From a virus, in the IMG/VR virus record IMGVR_UViG_3300014205_000225, positions 2,826-66,825 of that record: DNA of 64,000 bases, one strand, 5' to 3'. Numbering within the stretch: the first letter of the stretch is position 1; each line of letters opens with the position of its first letter. Of this stretch, positions 35,801-45,254 are shown in pieces. A program made the position numbers and the translations under genes. Under the pieces are notes generated by a model. The model was not told the DNA's origin, did no database searches, and worked only from the letters and a program-made list of their open reading frames with translations.

Positions 35801-38433
35801 TAGTCGGTGGTGAGAAGAGCGACGGGCTGACCAGCGACAGCTACTATTTCATTGACATTGACAACGGCGACGGCTACCTGCGTCAGACCGATGACGCTCA
35901 CTGGGGGTACATCCGCCCTACGCAAGCCTTTTACGGCACCCCTGGGGAACACTATGCCGCCCAGGTGGCGGTACGCAACGCAGACGAGCCCAACGACGAG
36001 AAAAACCCGTATGTGCGGTTGACAGTCATTATCGGTCCAATCGCTACACCGCAACGCAAGTTACGTCTGGGATATACGGTACCACCACAAGACGGGTTCC
36101 ATACCTATACCCTACCCTTTACTTTGCAGCCTGATGAAACAGAATTTCGTATCTACCTGCGCCATTACGGCGGCGGCACTCGGGTCGATATTGGTGCGCT
36201 GCAAGTGCTCTCCGGCGTGACAGCAGGGGTGATCGTGCCAGAAGAGGGCAAGGCTGCGGATACTATGGAAGTGGAATTTTCGACGGGTCTGAGTATTAGT
36301 GGGGCGTTTTCTCCTATTTGGGGCTCTCAACAACCCATTGAACAGACAGTCATGACATTGACGTCCGACTTTAACGGGGACGGCGTTGTAGATCTGAGTG
36401 ATTTTACTAATGCCCCCTTGGCTGTTGGGGTGCTTTTTGACAATTATACGAAACCAACTCCCACGGAAATATCATTAAAATGGGTGTCTACAGAAGACTA
36501 TTCCAATCCAGAGTACAGTACGCAATTCCCTGATATTGCGTATTATGAACCGACTGGAAAATTTGTTCTTAATTACCGTATTAGTGGAGTAGACTACTCT
36601 GAAGATTTAACGGGTGTTCTTCCTCTTAATCATGCCCGTACTAATCGGGAATGGCGGCGAGATGTAGTACAATGGGGAATTAAGAAAAATGTTTTTTATA
36701 TATGGTACTATGGTCGGGTGTTTTACAAGAATTTTGAGGCCTTTTCCGTCGCCAGACTTTTACTTTCTATTGCATCGGGAGTCGTTATGCGTAATAGCCG
36801 AAACTTGTCCGCTATTGTTGCTGATTTATGTAACAGGGCTGGGCTATCCTCATCACAAATCGACACCGGGGGTATTACCGGGGAAGTTATGGGGTATGCT
36901 ATCGCTAACCAAAGTAGCGTTCGCAGCTATCTCGAACCCTTACGTACAGCCTATGGTTTTGACTTAGTTGAAAGGAATGGTAAGTTGTATTTCATCGACA
37001 AACGGAGGGATTTTGTCAAGACAATCCTGTATGAGGATCTTGTCAGCGAAGGTGGTTCGAATCCCATATCCGTTTCTCGTGCAGAAGAACGCAACATGCC
37101 GCAAAAGGTAATCACGATCTACCCGGATCAGGACTCCCGATACCAGCAGGCTAGTCAACAGGCCCAGCGGTTCACCGTTGCCAGTCGACAAAGTATGAGC
37201 ATGGCCATCCCCATTGTAATGACAGCAGACAAAGCCCGTCAAATAGCGGAAATTGTTATGTATGAACAATGGATGGGGCGCACCAGTTTCGAATTTTCCA
37301 CAAGCTATACTTATGAAATGTTGGAACCTGGGGACTTAGTTTATGTGCAAAGCAAGGATCGCACATGGCCGGTACGGTTGCTCAATAAAAGCTCCGGCCA
37401 AAATGGGGTTATCCGTTGGACAGCTATTGCAACAGATCCGGAAGTTCTTACCAGTGACGCCGTTGGTGGTGCCGGGTTGCCGCTAACAGAAAAGTATGCA
37501 ATATATCAAACCACAGCAACCCATTTACTAGACATTCCGATGCTCATAGACTCCGACAATAATGCTGGGTACTATGTGGCAATGGGTCCTACTTTTGAAG
37601 ATCTTGGAACATGGGTTGGAGCGAATCTATATCGTTCAACTAACAACATAGACTATACGTCTATCTTATCAGTGGCGCTTGCTGCTGGAATAGGATTCAC
37701 ACAAACGGCGCTTGCAGACGGGCCGACCCATTTATGGGACGAAGCTGCAACAGTTGACATAATTATGCGAAACTACGATTTGGAAAGCATAACAGCGGAT
37801 CGGGTACTAAACGGCGAAAATGGGATTCTGCTTGGGTCTGAGGTGCTTCAGTATAGAGAAGCTGAGATGCTTGCCGTAGACACATACAGGCTCAGCGGCT
37901 TATTGCGTGGACGGCGTGGTACAGAATGGGCTACTGGGACGCATGTTGCCGGGGAAAGGGCCATCCTCTTAGCCCCCGGTCTTCTTCAAAGGCACGTCCC
38001 GGACATAGATCAAATAGGTTTGGAACGATACTATAAGGGCGTTAGCGTCTACCACGACCCAAATGACGTGCTTGGTTTTGTTTTCACGCCTACCGCAGCG
38101 GGACTCAAGCCTTATAGCCCATGTCATGCCAAAGGTACCAGAGATAGCAGCGGCAACTTGGCCCTGGCCTGGGTTCGCCGCACCCGCGTCGGCGGCGGCT
38201 GGAACGACAACACCGACGTGCCCCTCTCCGAGGCGACGGAAACCTACGAAGTCGACATTTACAACGGTCTGAACATTGTGCGCACCATCACCGGGCTTTC
38301 CACCGCCGCCTGTTCCTACACCGCCGCCCAGCAGATCGCCGACTTCGGCGCCGCGCAAAGCGCCGTCACCCTACGCATCTATCAACTCTCCGCCACCGTC
38401 GGGCGGGGTTATCCCTTGGAGGTAACGCTATGA
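32842..38433 (+). CDS. tail-tip/host-specificity protein (GTA megatron-like) with inserted M14 zinc carboxypeptidase and Kelch repeats
   Basis: GTA-type N- and C-termini (LSGLLRGRRGTE, WVRRTR); HGDE, NLNRNWP, DLHG; YVIGG/YFAGG/YLSGG/YVFGG. Confidence 0.88.
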   Translation: MGSVFQGAFQGASIGGQVGGPWGAVIGAVVGAAAGAIYAHNNTANAPQAAMAGPPRLNELGITGATLGNPIPLLYGRNRISGQYLWMAGIEQRVTVVEHEVQTTKDDTDIVYEYFYHYYLSCAFALCHGKAVGLRRIWMSDQIIYENGVYLNRPDIQGHDINNETPTEKNADKDWATNIRFYRGTEDQLPDVMLETTFGVGKTPAFRGLAYVVFDRLYLTTTQTGYSAISLPEFKFEIDGQKCMVHAYTTTRPSPAFSLSYYRKRSDEFVYDSLRSSAFSSYTARDILIGARTPFLKDVESAPIVFTKGAPTTEEIPAAEIIDAVPLFPAFADDPLDETRWSYQQIIDDMKDIAATYPSAEYDVVGYSVLGREIGALRLFDDGRRPIICISQGIHGDERDAAAACSKLLRSALSGGSTPVYNDLRDLLSGQASLIYNALRESFSIYLLGTVNPDGMTAPVISEYGGTGTRNNANDVNLNRNWPYYWYVSGDTDKGAYPASEPETYHIINYLSKVDTVVVDGMLSRVSRVSRIICHLDLHGWNSRTSWGLLTEQIYHDKDTQRNQRAANLFGDHFLREYDWSNHTLINGVPALTEFRSARKPYIYTWIKNRSRWDSFCGLLEYPQHENVGVIASACYAILLGLCAAAVDAEQENLGGAVITPALDPPLNQNSLLTAWDAANRRPNYFSVNGLRLTQLNPAGRIYVRSYRPEQVGWPIQFSGAGYAIANGWFYVIGGENDAYSLPSCNGESLETGVKSWDQGIPVSATHGAATSDGMNLYFAGGYNNATASYLDGVYRAAAPPLVWDRVATLPAGVQRCSMAFSGGKLYLSGGRTASGYQTAIWRIDPATGVTDLFGNMLTARGWHTSAVYDGNLYVFGGWGGAETLASCEKINLTTGVATAITPIPFSRAQQGIGTDGNMAYLCCGRSGTTIFPTVYAYDMASETVSELTYAMVSITDGDDGDEPTTSKPYRLSPACFVHPDDGTLAIVGGEKSDGLTSDSYYFIDIDNGDGYLRQTDDAHWGYIRPTQAFYGTPGEHYAAQVAVRNADEPNDEKNPYVRLTVIIGPIATPQRKLRLGYTVPPQDGFHTYTLPFTLQPDETEFRIYLRHYGGGTRVDIGALQVLSGVTAGVIVPEEGKAADTMEVEFSTGLSISGAFSPIWGSQQPIEQTVMTLTSDFNGDGVVDLSDFTNAPLAVGVLFDNYTKPTPTEISLKWVSTEDYSNPEYSTQFPDIAYYEPTGKFVLNYRISGVDYSEDLTGVLPLNHARTNREWRRDVVQWGIKKNVFYIWYYGRVFYKNFEAFSVARLLLSIASGVVMRNSRNLSAIVADLCNRAGLSSSQIDTGGITGEVMGYAIANQSSVRSYLEPLRTAYGFDLVERNGKLYFIDKRRDFVKTILYEDLVSEGGSNPISVSRAEERNMPQKVITIYPDQDSRYQQASQQAQRFTVASRQSMSMAIPIVMTADKARQIAEIVMYEQWMGRTSFEFSTSYTYEMLEPGDLVYVQSKDRTWPVRLLNKSSGQNGVIRWTAIATDPEVLTSDAVGGAGLPLTEKYAIYQTTATHLLDIPMLIDSDNNAGYYVAMGPTFEDLGTWVGANLYRSTNNIDYTSILSVALAAGIGFTQTALADGPTHLWDEAATVDIIMRNYDLESITADRVLNGENGILLGSEVLQYREAEMLAVDTYRLSGLLRGRRGTEWATGTHVAGERAILLAPGLLQRHVPDIDQIGLERYYKGVSVYHDPNDVLGFVFTPTAAGLKPYSPCHAKGTRDSSGNLALAWVRRTRVGGGWNDNTDVPLSEATETYEVDIYNGLNIVRTITGLSTAACSYTAAQQIADFGAAQSAVTLRIYQLSATVGRGYPLEVTL

Positions 38434-39113
38434 CCACTCCCAACCTCGCGCTCCCCGAGCTGGTCGCCAGCCAGGCGCAAAAAGAAGTCACCCATAACGA
38501 GGCCCTGGCCATCATCGACGCCCTGCTCTGCGGCGGCGTCGTCAACCGCACCCAAACCGCAGAGCCGACCAGCCCCGCCAACGGCGATTGCTACATCGTC
38601 GCCGCCACCGCCACCGGCCCTTTTACCGGGCACGAAAACCACCTGGCCCACTATTATTCAGGCTCCTGGCGCTTCTACATCCCCAAGGAAGGCTGGCATG
38701 TCCGGGTGAAAGACGAAGACATCCGCGTCGAATGGAACGGCACGGCCTGGGATGACACCGCAACCTTCGGACCGCGCACCGACACTTTCAGCCAGTGTTT
38801 GAAAATCCGCCGCAACAATGCGGTCGTCGGCTCCATCGACAACAACGCCAGCGGCATCCGCGTCAAAGCCACCGCCAACGGCAACGCCGCCCTGGTCAAC
38901 GACAGCAACAATGGCCTGACGATCACAGAAGCGGGGGGAGCGTCCTTTGACCTCCCGGTTATCTGCAACGGGTATACCGTGGCAACACTTCCATCGGCAT
39001 CCTCTTTTACGAGAGGTATGATTTACGTTTCGGATGAATCAGGTGGGGCCACTCTAGCTTTCTCGGACGGGTCTAACTGGCGCAGGGTTTCGGACCTGGC
39101 GATTGTTTCCTAA
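38430..39113 (+). CDS. DUF2793 tail fibre-like protein
   Basis: TPNLALP...QAQKEVTHNEAL..ID; AFSDGSNWRRV. Confidence 0.88.
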   Translation: MTTPNLALPELVASQAQKEVTHNEALAIIDALLCGGVVNRTQTAEPTSPANGDCYIVAATATGPFTGHENHLAHYYSGSWRFYIPKEGWHVRVKDEDIRVEWNGTAWDDTATFGPRTDTFSQCLKIRRNNAVVGSIDNNASGIRVKATANGNAALVNDSNNGLTITEAGGASFDLPVICNGYTVATLPSASSFTRGMIYVSDESGGATLAFSDGSNWRRVSDLAIVS

Positions 39114-39129
39114 TTTCTTTGGGGGTTTT

Positions 39130-39651
39130 GTGGATAAAAAACGAGAAAGAGCTTGGAAAGGTGTATGTATCCATCATTCGTTTAGTCCTGACAGGAAAAC
39201 GTCTGACTGGGAAGGGATTCGAAGGTTTCATACAAGTTACAGGCAAGACGGGCAGATTATCAGTAAAGGCTTGTATGAACGGCTAAAGTCCTATAAGGTT
39301 TCCGGACTTACCCCACCTTGGAGTGACATAGGGTATCATTTTGGGGTAGAATTGGTTGGGGAGGGCTACGTTGTAAAGGAAGGGAGGCCATTGAACAAAT
39401 CTGGGGCACATTGCCCATGTATTAACTCTACTCACATAGGAATTTGCGTTGTAGGTAATTTTGACGCAAACCACTTACCTACCCCTGCCCTGGTTGTTTT
39501 AACGCAACTGGTAAAGGATTTGGCGCGACGATACGGGTTTATTTTAACAGAGCCTGGGGTAGTTACCTACCATAACCAACATTCGCAGAAAACATGCCCT
39601 GGAAAACTATTTCCGACTCTTGAAACTTTTTTGAAAATGCTCGATAAGTAG
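39130..39651 (+). CDS. endolysin, N-acetylmuramoyl-L-alanine amidase (Amidase_2)
   Basis: IHHS, WSDIGYHF, GRP...GAHC, IGICVVGNF, H...KTCPG. Confidence 0.92.
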   Translation: MDKKRERAWKGVCIHHSFSPDRKTSDWEGIRRFHTSYRQDGQIISKGLYERLKSYKVSGLTPPWSDIGYHFGVELVGEGYVVKEGRPLNKSGAHCPCINSTHIGICVVGNFDANHLPTPALVVLTQLVKDLARRYGFILTEPGVVTYHNQHSQKTCPGKLFPTLETFLKMLDK

Positions 39652-39659
39652 GTTGCAAT

Positions 39660-39705
39660 ACCTGGGCGGCGGCCCCTTCTCTCCCTCCGCCGCCCAGGGT
39701 TTTTT
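39660..39705. terminator. terminator between convergent arms
   Basis: CCTGGGCGGCGG...CCGCCGCCCAGG then T-run. Confidence 0.8.
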
Positions 39706-40273
39706 ACTTCTGATAAATGAACAAGGCTACCTTCCTGCTACCAATTGATTCCTTGTAAATGGTGGGGTGCCCAAGACAGGAAACCACATCTTCCTTTGCC
39801 CATTCGCTCAAATGGCGCTCATTCTCGTTACCGGCCACGACCTTGTTTCCCAGCCACTCCTTACCAAGTGGGAGGGAAAGCACAAAGGACTTATTGGGTA
39901 TTTTGTACAATTCGACTAGAACGTCCTGTGCCACTGGTTTTGGTAAATGCTCAATAACATCCCCGGCCATAATAATGTCATAGGACACAGGGCTTCTACG
40001 AACCAGAAAATCCCAAATGTCGGCGCAGTAAATTTTGTCGTAGATAGGAGATAGCCAGGGTTGTTTTTCAATATACGGACGGAAAATCTCCACTCCTTCG
40101 ATATTTACAAGCCAATCTTCCTTGAAAACTCTCCCGTGGTACACATCCAAATATTCCCGAAATAAGTGGCCCCATTTCCCGAAACCAATTCCAACATCCA
40201 AAACAGATCTTGGGTTTGTGGACATAACAGTTTTAATGATGGTTGGGATAAAGTCTGGCAAAGAGCTAGGCAT
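39704..40273 (-). CDS. class I SAM-dependent methyltransferase
   Basis: VLDVGIGFGKWG, GVE, GDVIEHL. Confidence 0.85.
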   Translation of the reverse strand: MPSSLPDFIPTIIKTVMSTNPRSVLDVGIGFGKWGHLFREYLDVYHGRVFKEDWLVNIEGVEIFRPYIEKQPWLSPIYDKIYCADIWDFLVRRSPVSYDIIMAGDVIEHLPKPVAQDVLVELYKIPNKSFVLSLPLGKEWLGNKVVAGNENERHLSEWAKEDVVSCLGHPTIYKESIGSRKVALFIYQK

Positions 40274-40296
40274 TGGTTTTTCTCCTTCTGCGTCGA

Positions 40297-40914
40297 TTAG
40301 TAGGGGGTGACTCGTATGGTGGAAATTTGTACGCGACGCATAAATTCGCCATACGTGATCTTTTCTTCGTTAAACGAGTGATAGAAATTTTTCCTGTCCC
40401 ATCCATCCGGGTCCAGGATTACCAGCCCTTTTGTTTCAGTCAACCAATCGCGGCTTGTTTTCAGCTCCGATTGTTTCCGCTCATGTTCTGCTTTGAACGG
40501 ATAAGCAAAATCACGGATAAATTTATACGCCATTGCCAGCACTTGGATAGCCTCCTCATATACGGAAAAGGGGGCGGCATCTTCTGCCTGTAATTCCGTC
40601 TCCAATTCCATAAGTTCGTTCTTCAGTGTGCCGAGCGCCCTGTTTTTGCCTGGGTGCGGCCCGTACTTTCTGTCTCCATCACTTAGTTCCAAGGCCAAGT
40701 CCCTCATAACACTGTCAGAAAGCGCCGGGTCTTTTGGCTTACCCACCTGTTCTGAAAATGGCTTGCCTTCCTGGGTAAGGGATCGATACAAAATTTCGAG
40801 GCAGTCTTCTTCAATTTCTGGGGGGAACCCGTGTTTGATACCGGCTTTTTCAAAGGAAGTTAGGTAGGCTTGGTAAACCTGCTGAATGCGTTGTTTAATA
40901 GGTTCCGTGCTCAT
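40297..40914 (-). CDS. hypothetical protein with MazG-like helical domain
   Basis: KYGP...ELMELE...EEAIQVLAMAYKF; C-terminal ILDPDGWDR motif. Confidence 0.5.
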   Translation of the reverse strand: MSTEPIKQRIQQVYQAYLTSFEKAGIKHGFPPEIEEDCLEILYRSLTQEGKPFSEQVGKPKDPALSDSVMRDLALELSDGDRKYGPHPGKNRALGTLKNELMELETELQAEDAAPFSVYEEAIQVLAMAYKFIRDFAYPFKAEHERKQSELKTSRDWLTETKGLVILDPDGWDRKNFYHSFNEEKITYGEFMRRVQISTIRVTPY

Positions 40915-40922
40915 AATGATCC

Positions 40923-41540
40923 TTATTGGTAGGAGATTTGACTTACCTTGTTCACCATCTTTACTTCGATGCGTTTGTCCGCCCCTTCAATTTGGTCTGG
41001 GATGTGGCTAATGATAATAAGCTGCACCCCGATTTTTTCGCTTATTTCTTTCATCATACGCGCCCCCTTTTCCGGAAGGTCCCCGCCTTTCAGCCATTTT
41101 AGCGGTTCGTCCAAAATAAACACAGGGCGCGTCTTTGGTCGGCACAGGTTCCAAAGCGCAATGCGTAAGGCAAAGGCCGCAACGTCAACCGCCCCTCCAC
41201 CGCTTGCATCTATGGGGCTTACACGGTTTCCATTTCTTGAGAACCAAATGTCCGCTTCTACCCGGTTGCGTCTTTGCACAAATTCCAATTCAAATTCGTA
41301 GGGATTGTCGAACACCCCAAACATCGCCAAGCTGACCAATTCACTAATCTGATATTCCAGTTGTTTTTGTGTTTGTTGGGCGACATGCCGGACAATAGTC
41401 AAGGCTTCATCACAGCACCTTTCGTGGATTGCCGCATCGGTAGCCTCTTCTTGGGCTTCTTGAAAAGCCTGCTTGTCCGCTTCCAGCATCCCCTTTGCGC
41501 GTTCCAGGGCCGTGAAAAACTTGGTTGGGTCACAGACCAT
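40923..41540 (-). CDS. SbcC/Rad50 ATPase C-terminal part
   Basis: SGGG signature, FALRIA, ILDEP Walker B, IISH. Confidence 0.88.
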   Translation of the reverse strand: MVCDPTKFFTALERAKGMLEADKQAFQEAQEEATDAAIHERCCDEALTIVRHVAQQTQKQLEYQISELVSLAMFGVFDNPYEFELEFVQRRNRVEADIWFSRNGNRVSPIDASGGGAVDVAAFALRIALWNLCRPKTRPVFILDEPLKWLKGGDLPEKGARMMKEISEKIGVQLIIISHIPDQIEGADKRIEVKMVNKVSQISYQ

Positions 41541-41778
41541 ACTTAGCCTCCATATCCTCGACGAGTGCTTTGATTTTTTCATTTAGGGCGTCTTCCTGTT
41601 TTTGCAGGGAAGATAGAAGCGCAATGGCCTCCTCCTCACTTTTTACCCCAAACTCTTTTTCAAGACGCTCGTGGAGTTGCTGTAACGCCCCTTCTGCACG
41701 GGAAAACTCCGTTTTTGTTCTCTCAATCTTGTCCTTCAGGTCCATGAGCCGCTTTTCCAACTTTTCTATGTTCGCCAT
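41530..41778 (-). CDS. coiled-coil protein (probable SbcC middle segment)
   Basis: heptad pattern; GGAGG RBS; between sbcD and C-terminal part. Confidence 0.65.
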   Translation of the reverse strand: MANIEKLEKRLMDLKDKIERTKTEFSRAEGALQQLHERLEKEFGVKSEEEAIALLSSLQKQEDALNEKIKALVEDMEAKYGL

Positions 41779-41806
41779 ATCAATACCTCCTTAGTGGGTT
41801 TTCTAT

Positions 41807-42754
41807 TTATGTGGCATCCGCTAGTTCTTTTTCAATGATGGTTCTGACGCGCTTTCGTATCCTGTTTTCTGAGATGTACTGTTCGACATTGATTTTGAAA
41901 TTTAATCCAATGTCATCCCCACCATGAAGACGGCTCACGAATAGGTCAAGGCGTTCTTCCTTACCTTTGGTACTGTCGATATGTTCCCGGCTTACTACCC
42001 CCTGATCGATTGGTAGGTATACCGGGCAAACCACCCCAAGTTTTTGGTTATATAGATACACGCGGGGGCGGTGTTCTGCTTGGGCGGCGGTACTTCTCAT
42101 AAGGCTACCGGGGTTTACCAACAACTTGTCCCCACGTTTTACCACGAAGGGGGTATGGTTGTGCCCCGTAAGAATAAGGCTTGCAGGTACGGCGTCCAGC
42201 AATTCTTCCGCCGAAGGGTCCGTACACCCAGGCCAAGGGGCTGTCAAGAGAAAAGTCATTGTATGGATGACGGCTACGTCGTAAAAGACACCCTTGTCAA
42301 ATTCCAACTTCTCCCCCCAAGGGATACCCAAAATGCTCAAGTCCCCCAACACCCCGCTTCCTGTAATATCTTCCACAACATTGGCGGCTTTTAAAACCCC
42401 GAACCCGCTTTTGTCTATGTTGCTCAGGCTGTGTTCCGGTAAATCATGATTGCCTGGGATGCTGTAAAATTTATAGGGTAGATTGCGGATAGCCCACCCG
42501 AGCAAGTACGGGCTTGGTTTGCTTTTGCCAAAAAGATCCCCAGAATCCAAAATAGGGCAGTTGTATTTTTCTTGCAAACTTCTGATAAAGGCTATCTTGT
42601 TGCTTTGAGCTTCCCAGTAGTTGTCCGTTCTGCATACAGGGGTGTCGTCTCGTAAGTGAATATCCCCGGTAAGGATGGCGTCCACATGCTGTAATTTGTC
42701 AACTACACCCCCGGAATGCTCTTCAGTTTCTTGGGGCCGCTTTACCCTTGCCAT
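41807..42754 (-). CDS. SbcD/Mre11-like metallophosphoesterase nuclease
   Basis: GDIH, GDLF, GNHD, GHNH, NPGSLMR. Confidence 0.92.
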   Translation of the reverse strand: MARVKRPQETEEHSGGVVDKLQHVDAILTGDIHLRDDTPVCRTDNYWEAQSNKIAFIRSLQEKYNCPILDSGDLFGKSKPSPYLLGWAIRNLPYKFYSIPGNHDLPEHSLSNIDKSGFGVLKAANVVEDITGSGVLGDLSILGIPWGEKLEFDKGVFYDVAVIHTMTFLLTAPWPGCTDPSAEELLDAVPASLILTGHNHTPFVVKRGDKLLVNPGSLMRSTAAQAEHRPRVYLYNQKLGVVCPVYLPIDQGVVSREHIDSTKGKEERLDLFVSRLHGGDDIGLNFKINVEQYISENRIRKRVRTIIEKELADAT

Positions 42755-43049
42755 ATATTTCCTCCAGACGACGTCGTGCCGCGCCAATAACGGTATCTTG
42801 AACGTAAAACCCACGGACGTTTCTCACCGCCCACAATATCCATTCTGGGTGCCGATTAATGATTGTTTCTATGGTGCAGGTTTCGTAAGGCCCAAATTCT
42901 AAAACAGATAGCTTTGTTCGGATGACTCGTTCTTTCGGACGGTATAACCGCTCCATTTCTTGTATTTCTTCATCGGTAAAGTCTTTTTTCGTTTTCACAG
43001 GACACCGCAATAAGATTCTTTTTGTGGAGTCTTGTGCTGCATCGGCCAT
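42723..43049 (-). CDS. hypothetical protein with ExoX C-terminal-like motif
   Basis: FGPY...IETII...PEWILW. Confidence 0.55.
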   Translation of the reverse strand: MADAAQDSTKRILLRCPVKTKKDFTDEEIQEMERLYRPKERVIRTKLSVLEFGPYETCTIETIINRHPEWILWAVRNVRGFYVQDTVIGAARRRLEEIYGKGKAAPRN

Positions 43050-44170
43050 TAACTTTCTTCGGACCGCCGCCGCCGACTTTGGTTGTTCTGCTGGTTGTTT
43101 TGGTGGGATTGTTCGCATGAGGAATCAGCCTTTCCGCACAAAGGGCAAATATCAGGCATTAACGCATTAAATTCTTCCGAATACTTCTTAATCTCCCCCC
43201 CTTTTTTCGATACCAAGGAGCCCCCAGTTTTTATTTCAAGGAGTGCGTCTTGTAATTTGCAAACAGAGTTTTCTATAAAAACCCCGTCTTTTAACAAGGT
43301 GCTTAATTTGGCGGTTGCCGCAGGTGCCCCGTCTAAGTTTGGTAGCTTTGCCAAAGAGGTGCATATTGTTTGGATATTATAAATGATTTTTTGAAGCGGT
43401 TCCGTTTTTTCAAAAAGCCCCTTTATGTCGCTAAGGTGCTTTGTTGCAGAAACATCCGCTCTTTTCATCTTGGAAAGGAATACGCGGGTCTTGTCAACAA
43501 AATCAGAGAGCGTGGAAAGCTCCCGGACCATGTTTTCTATATCATCCCGTTTTCGTACCGTGTTGGCCTGCTTTTCCATTAACGCTTTTAGCAGGGCGCA
43601 GTCCTTTTCCATGTCTTCGATATAATCGTACTGGGCGACTTTCTCCTCTAAGGTTTCTACCCTACGGACACAAAGGGCGTGATCCCTTTTAGCAGAAAGC
43701 AATTCTTTATTAATATTCGAAATAGTTGTATCGATTATATCTAGATTGACAATTTTGTTCAAATACCGGGCCACTTCCCCGCCGGTAGAACCGAGAAGAA
43801 ACGGGGCGTCCATTTGTGTCTGAACATTTACATTTCCGATACAAAGGGCGTCTTGAATTTCCTTAGGCGGTTCCCCGGAACCAAAGGCCCGCAGTTCTTT
43901 TCCATTTAAGATGTAGCAGTTATCCTTGTCCGTGCGTTTTCTTGTAATGGTAGTGCCGTCGGTAAGGGCGATCGTCACAGCCGTATCGCCGCCCCAGTAG
44001 CTTCGAAATGCGTCTCCGCCTGGTTTGTTGTAGATTACCCAGTAAAGGGCGCGAAACAGGGCGCTTTTGCCGCTATCCGATTTTCCTACAATCGCATTTA
44101 CCCCATCAGACAGTTCTATCTTTGTGTCTTTGTGAGATTGGAAATTTTGTAAATGGATGCTTTTTATCAC
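43049..44170 (-). CDS. SbcC/Rad50 ATPase N-terminal part with zinc hook
   Basis: NFQSH, GKSDSGKS Walker A, CPLC near C-terminus. Confidence 0.9.
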   Translation of the reverse strand: MIKSIHLQNFQSHKDTKIELSDGVNAIVGKSDSGKSALFRALYWVIYNKPGGDAFRSYWGGDTAVTIALTDGTTITRKRTDKDNCYILNGKELRAFGSGEPPKEIQDALCIGNVNVQTQMDAPFLLGSTGGEVARYLNKIVNLDIIDTTISNINKELLSAKRDHALCVRRVETLEEKVAQYDYIEDMEKDCALLKALMEKQANTVRKRDDIENMVRELSTLSDFVDKTRVFLSKMKRADVSATKHLSDIKGLFEKTEPLQKIIYNIQTICTSLAKLPNLDGAPAATAKLSTLLKDGVFIENSVCKLQDALLEIKTGGSLVSKKGGEIKKYSEEFNALMPDICPLCGKADSSCEQSHQNNQQNNQSRRRRSEES

Positions 44171-44598
44171 TTAGCCCTCCTCCCCTCAATTTCCCGCCAT
44201 TCCATCCGGCCCCAGTGCCATCGATGCGTTTTGTACCCATCTTCATCATAAACAAAGAGGGGGGTGCCTTCTGGGTATCCTGTCATATCTACTGGGTTTA
44301 TCTCTAACCGCCGCTTTTCCCCAACTACCCGGCAATCCGGGTCGCTCAACATGCTGGTGGTACTGAACCCCGAACCATCTTTGTGCTTTTCAGCGGCACT
44401 TCCATCCATGCGCGGGTTATATACCCATTGCAGGCGCGCTCCACAATTAGGGCATTTGTAAAACCACAGTCGTCCAGTCTGGTTTCCGGAACCATCTCCA
44501 TAAACTGGGGCATCTAAAACAAGCCCCACTGTTTTACAGGCCCAGCATTTTCTTTCTACACCGTCTTCCGTGGGCTGTGTTTTCTTTGCTCGGGCCAT
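44167..44598 (-). CDS. zinc-ribbon hypothetical protein
   Basis: CWAC...CPNC. Confidence 0.6.
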   Translation of the reverse strand: MARAKKTQPTEDGVERKCWACKTVGLVLDAPVYGDGSGNQTGRLWFYKCPNCGARLQWVYNPRMDGSAAEKHKDGSGFSTTSMLSDPDCRVVGEKRRLEINPVDMTGYPEGTPLFVYDEDGYKTHRWHWGRMEWREIEGRRAK

Positions 44599-44600
44599 GT

Positions 44601-45023
44601 TTATTTTCTCCCTTTTTTGTGCCCAGGGATAAGTCGTAACAGGTCAAAGAAAACATCCATGTCTATTGTAACAAGAGCAGATTCGCGATCCCGTCTTGTT
44701 ACCAATAACCAGTCTGTGCTTGGGAGTTGGTTGGCTTTTGCTTGCCGCACAGCATCCGGAAAACTGAAACTGTTCCCGGCCTTACATTCCACGCTCCAAG
44801 GAAATGCCTCCCGTGCATCAGCAATAAGACGAATGTCCGTGCCATTTTGTCCCATTTCCCGGCTGGCTATCATTTCGTCTTTACCAAAAGTGTACCCGGT
44901 AAGTATGCTGATTTTCTCACCTGTCAATTTTTGTAAGTTGCGCCCTTTTGCTTTCGCGCTACTTGTTTTAATCTTTTTTTTCTTTACTGGGGTTTCCCCA
45001 GCGGCACAGGTTCTCGGAGACAT
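44601..45023 (-). CDS. Holliday junction resolvase (PD-(D/E)xK)
   Basis: SAKAKGR, GTDI, SVECK, QAKAN. Confidence 0.8.
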   Translation of the reverse strand: MSPRTCAAGETPVKKKKIKTSSAKAKGRNLQKLTGEKISILTGYTFGKDEMIASREMGQNGTDIRLIADAREAFPWSVECKAGNSFSFPDAVRQAKANQLPSTDWLLVTRRDRESALVTIDMDVFFDLLRLIPGHKKGRK

Positions 45024-45035
45024 TGCTGTACCTTT

Positions 45036-45254
45036 CTACGCAAAAAGTCCACGCTGGATAGCAATCCATTCTTCAATCAGTAAAGGGACGGGGTTGTCGG
45101 TGTTAAGCATTGTCTGTTCGTCTTCTTCGATAGGCCAGTTCTTAATGTGCGCCTTCTTGAGACTGACCCCGCTGTCCAGCATAACCGAGCTGTTCCCAAT
45201 GAAAACGACTTTTGCATGGATAATTACTTTGGACATATATAGGCACCCCTTCAA
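45036..45254 (-). CDS. hypothetical protein
   Basis: LLIEEWIAIQRGL C-terminus. Confidence 0.6.
   Translation of the reverse strand: MKGCLYMSKVIIHAKVVFIGNSSVMLDSGVSLKKAHIKNWPIEEDEQTMLNTDNPVPLLIEEWIAIQRGLFA

Noticed and set aside
32159-39113. Diversity-generating retroelement or invertase-type tail switching
   Set aside because: No reverse transcriptase or recombinase is present, and the duplicated segments do not differ specifically at adenines.
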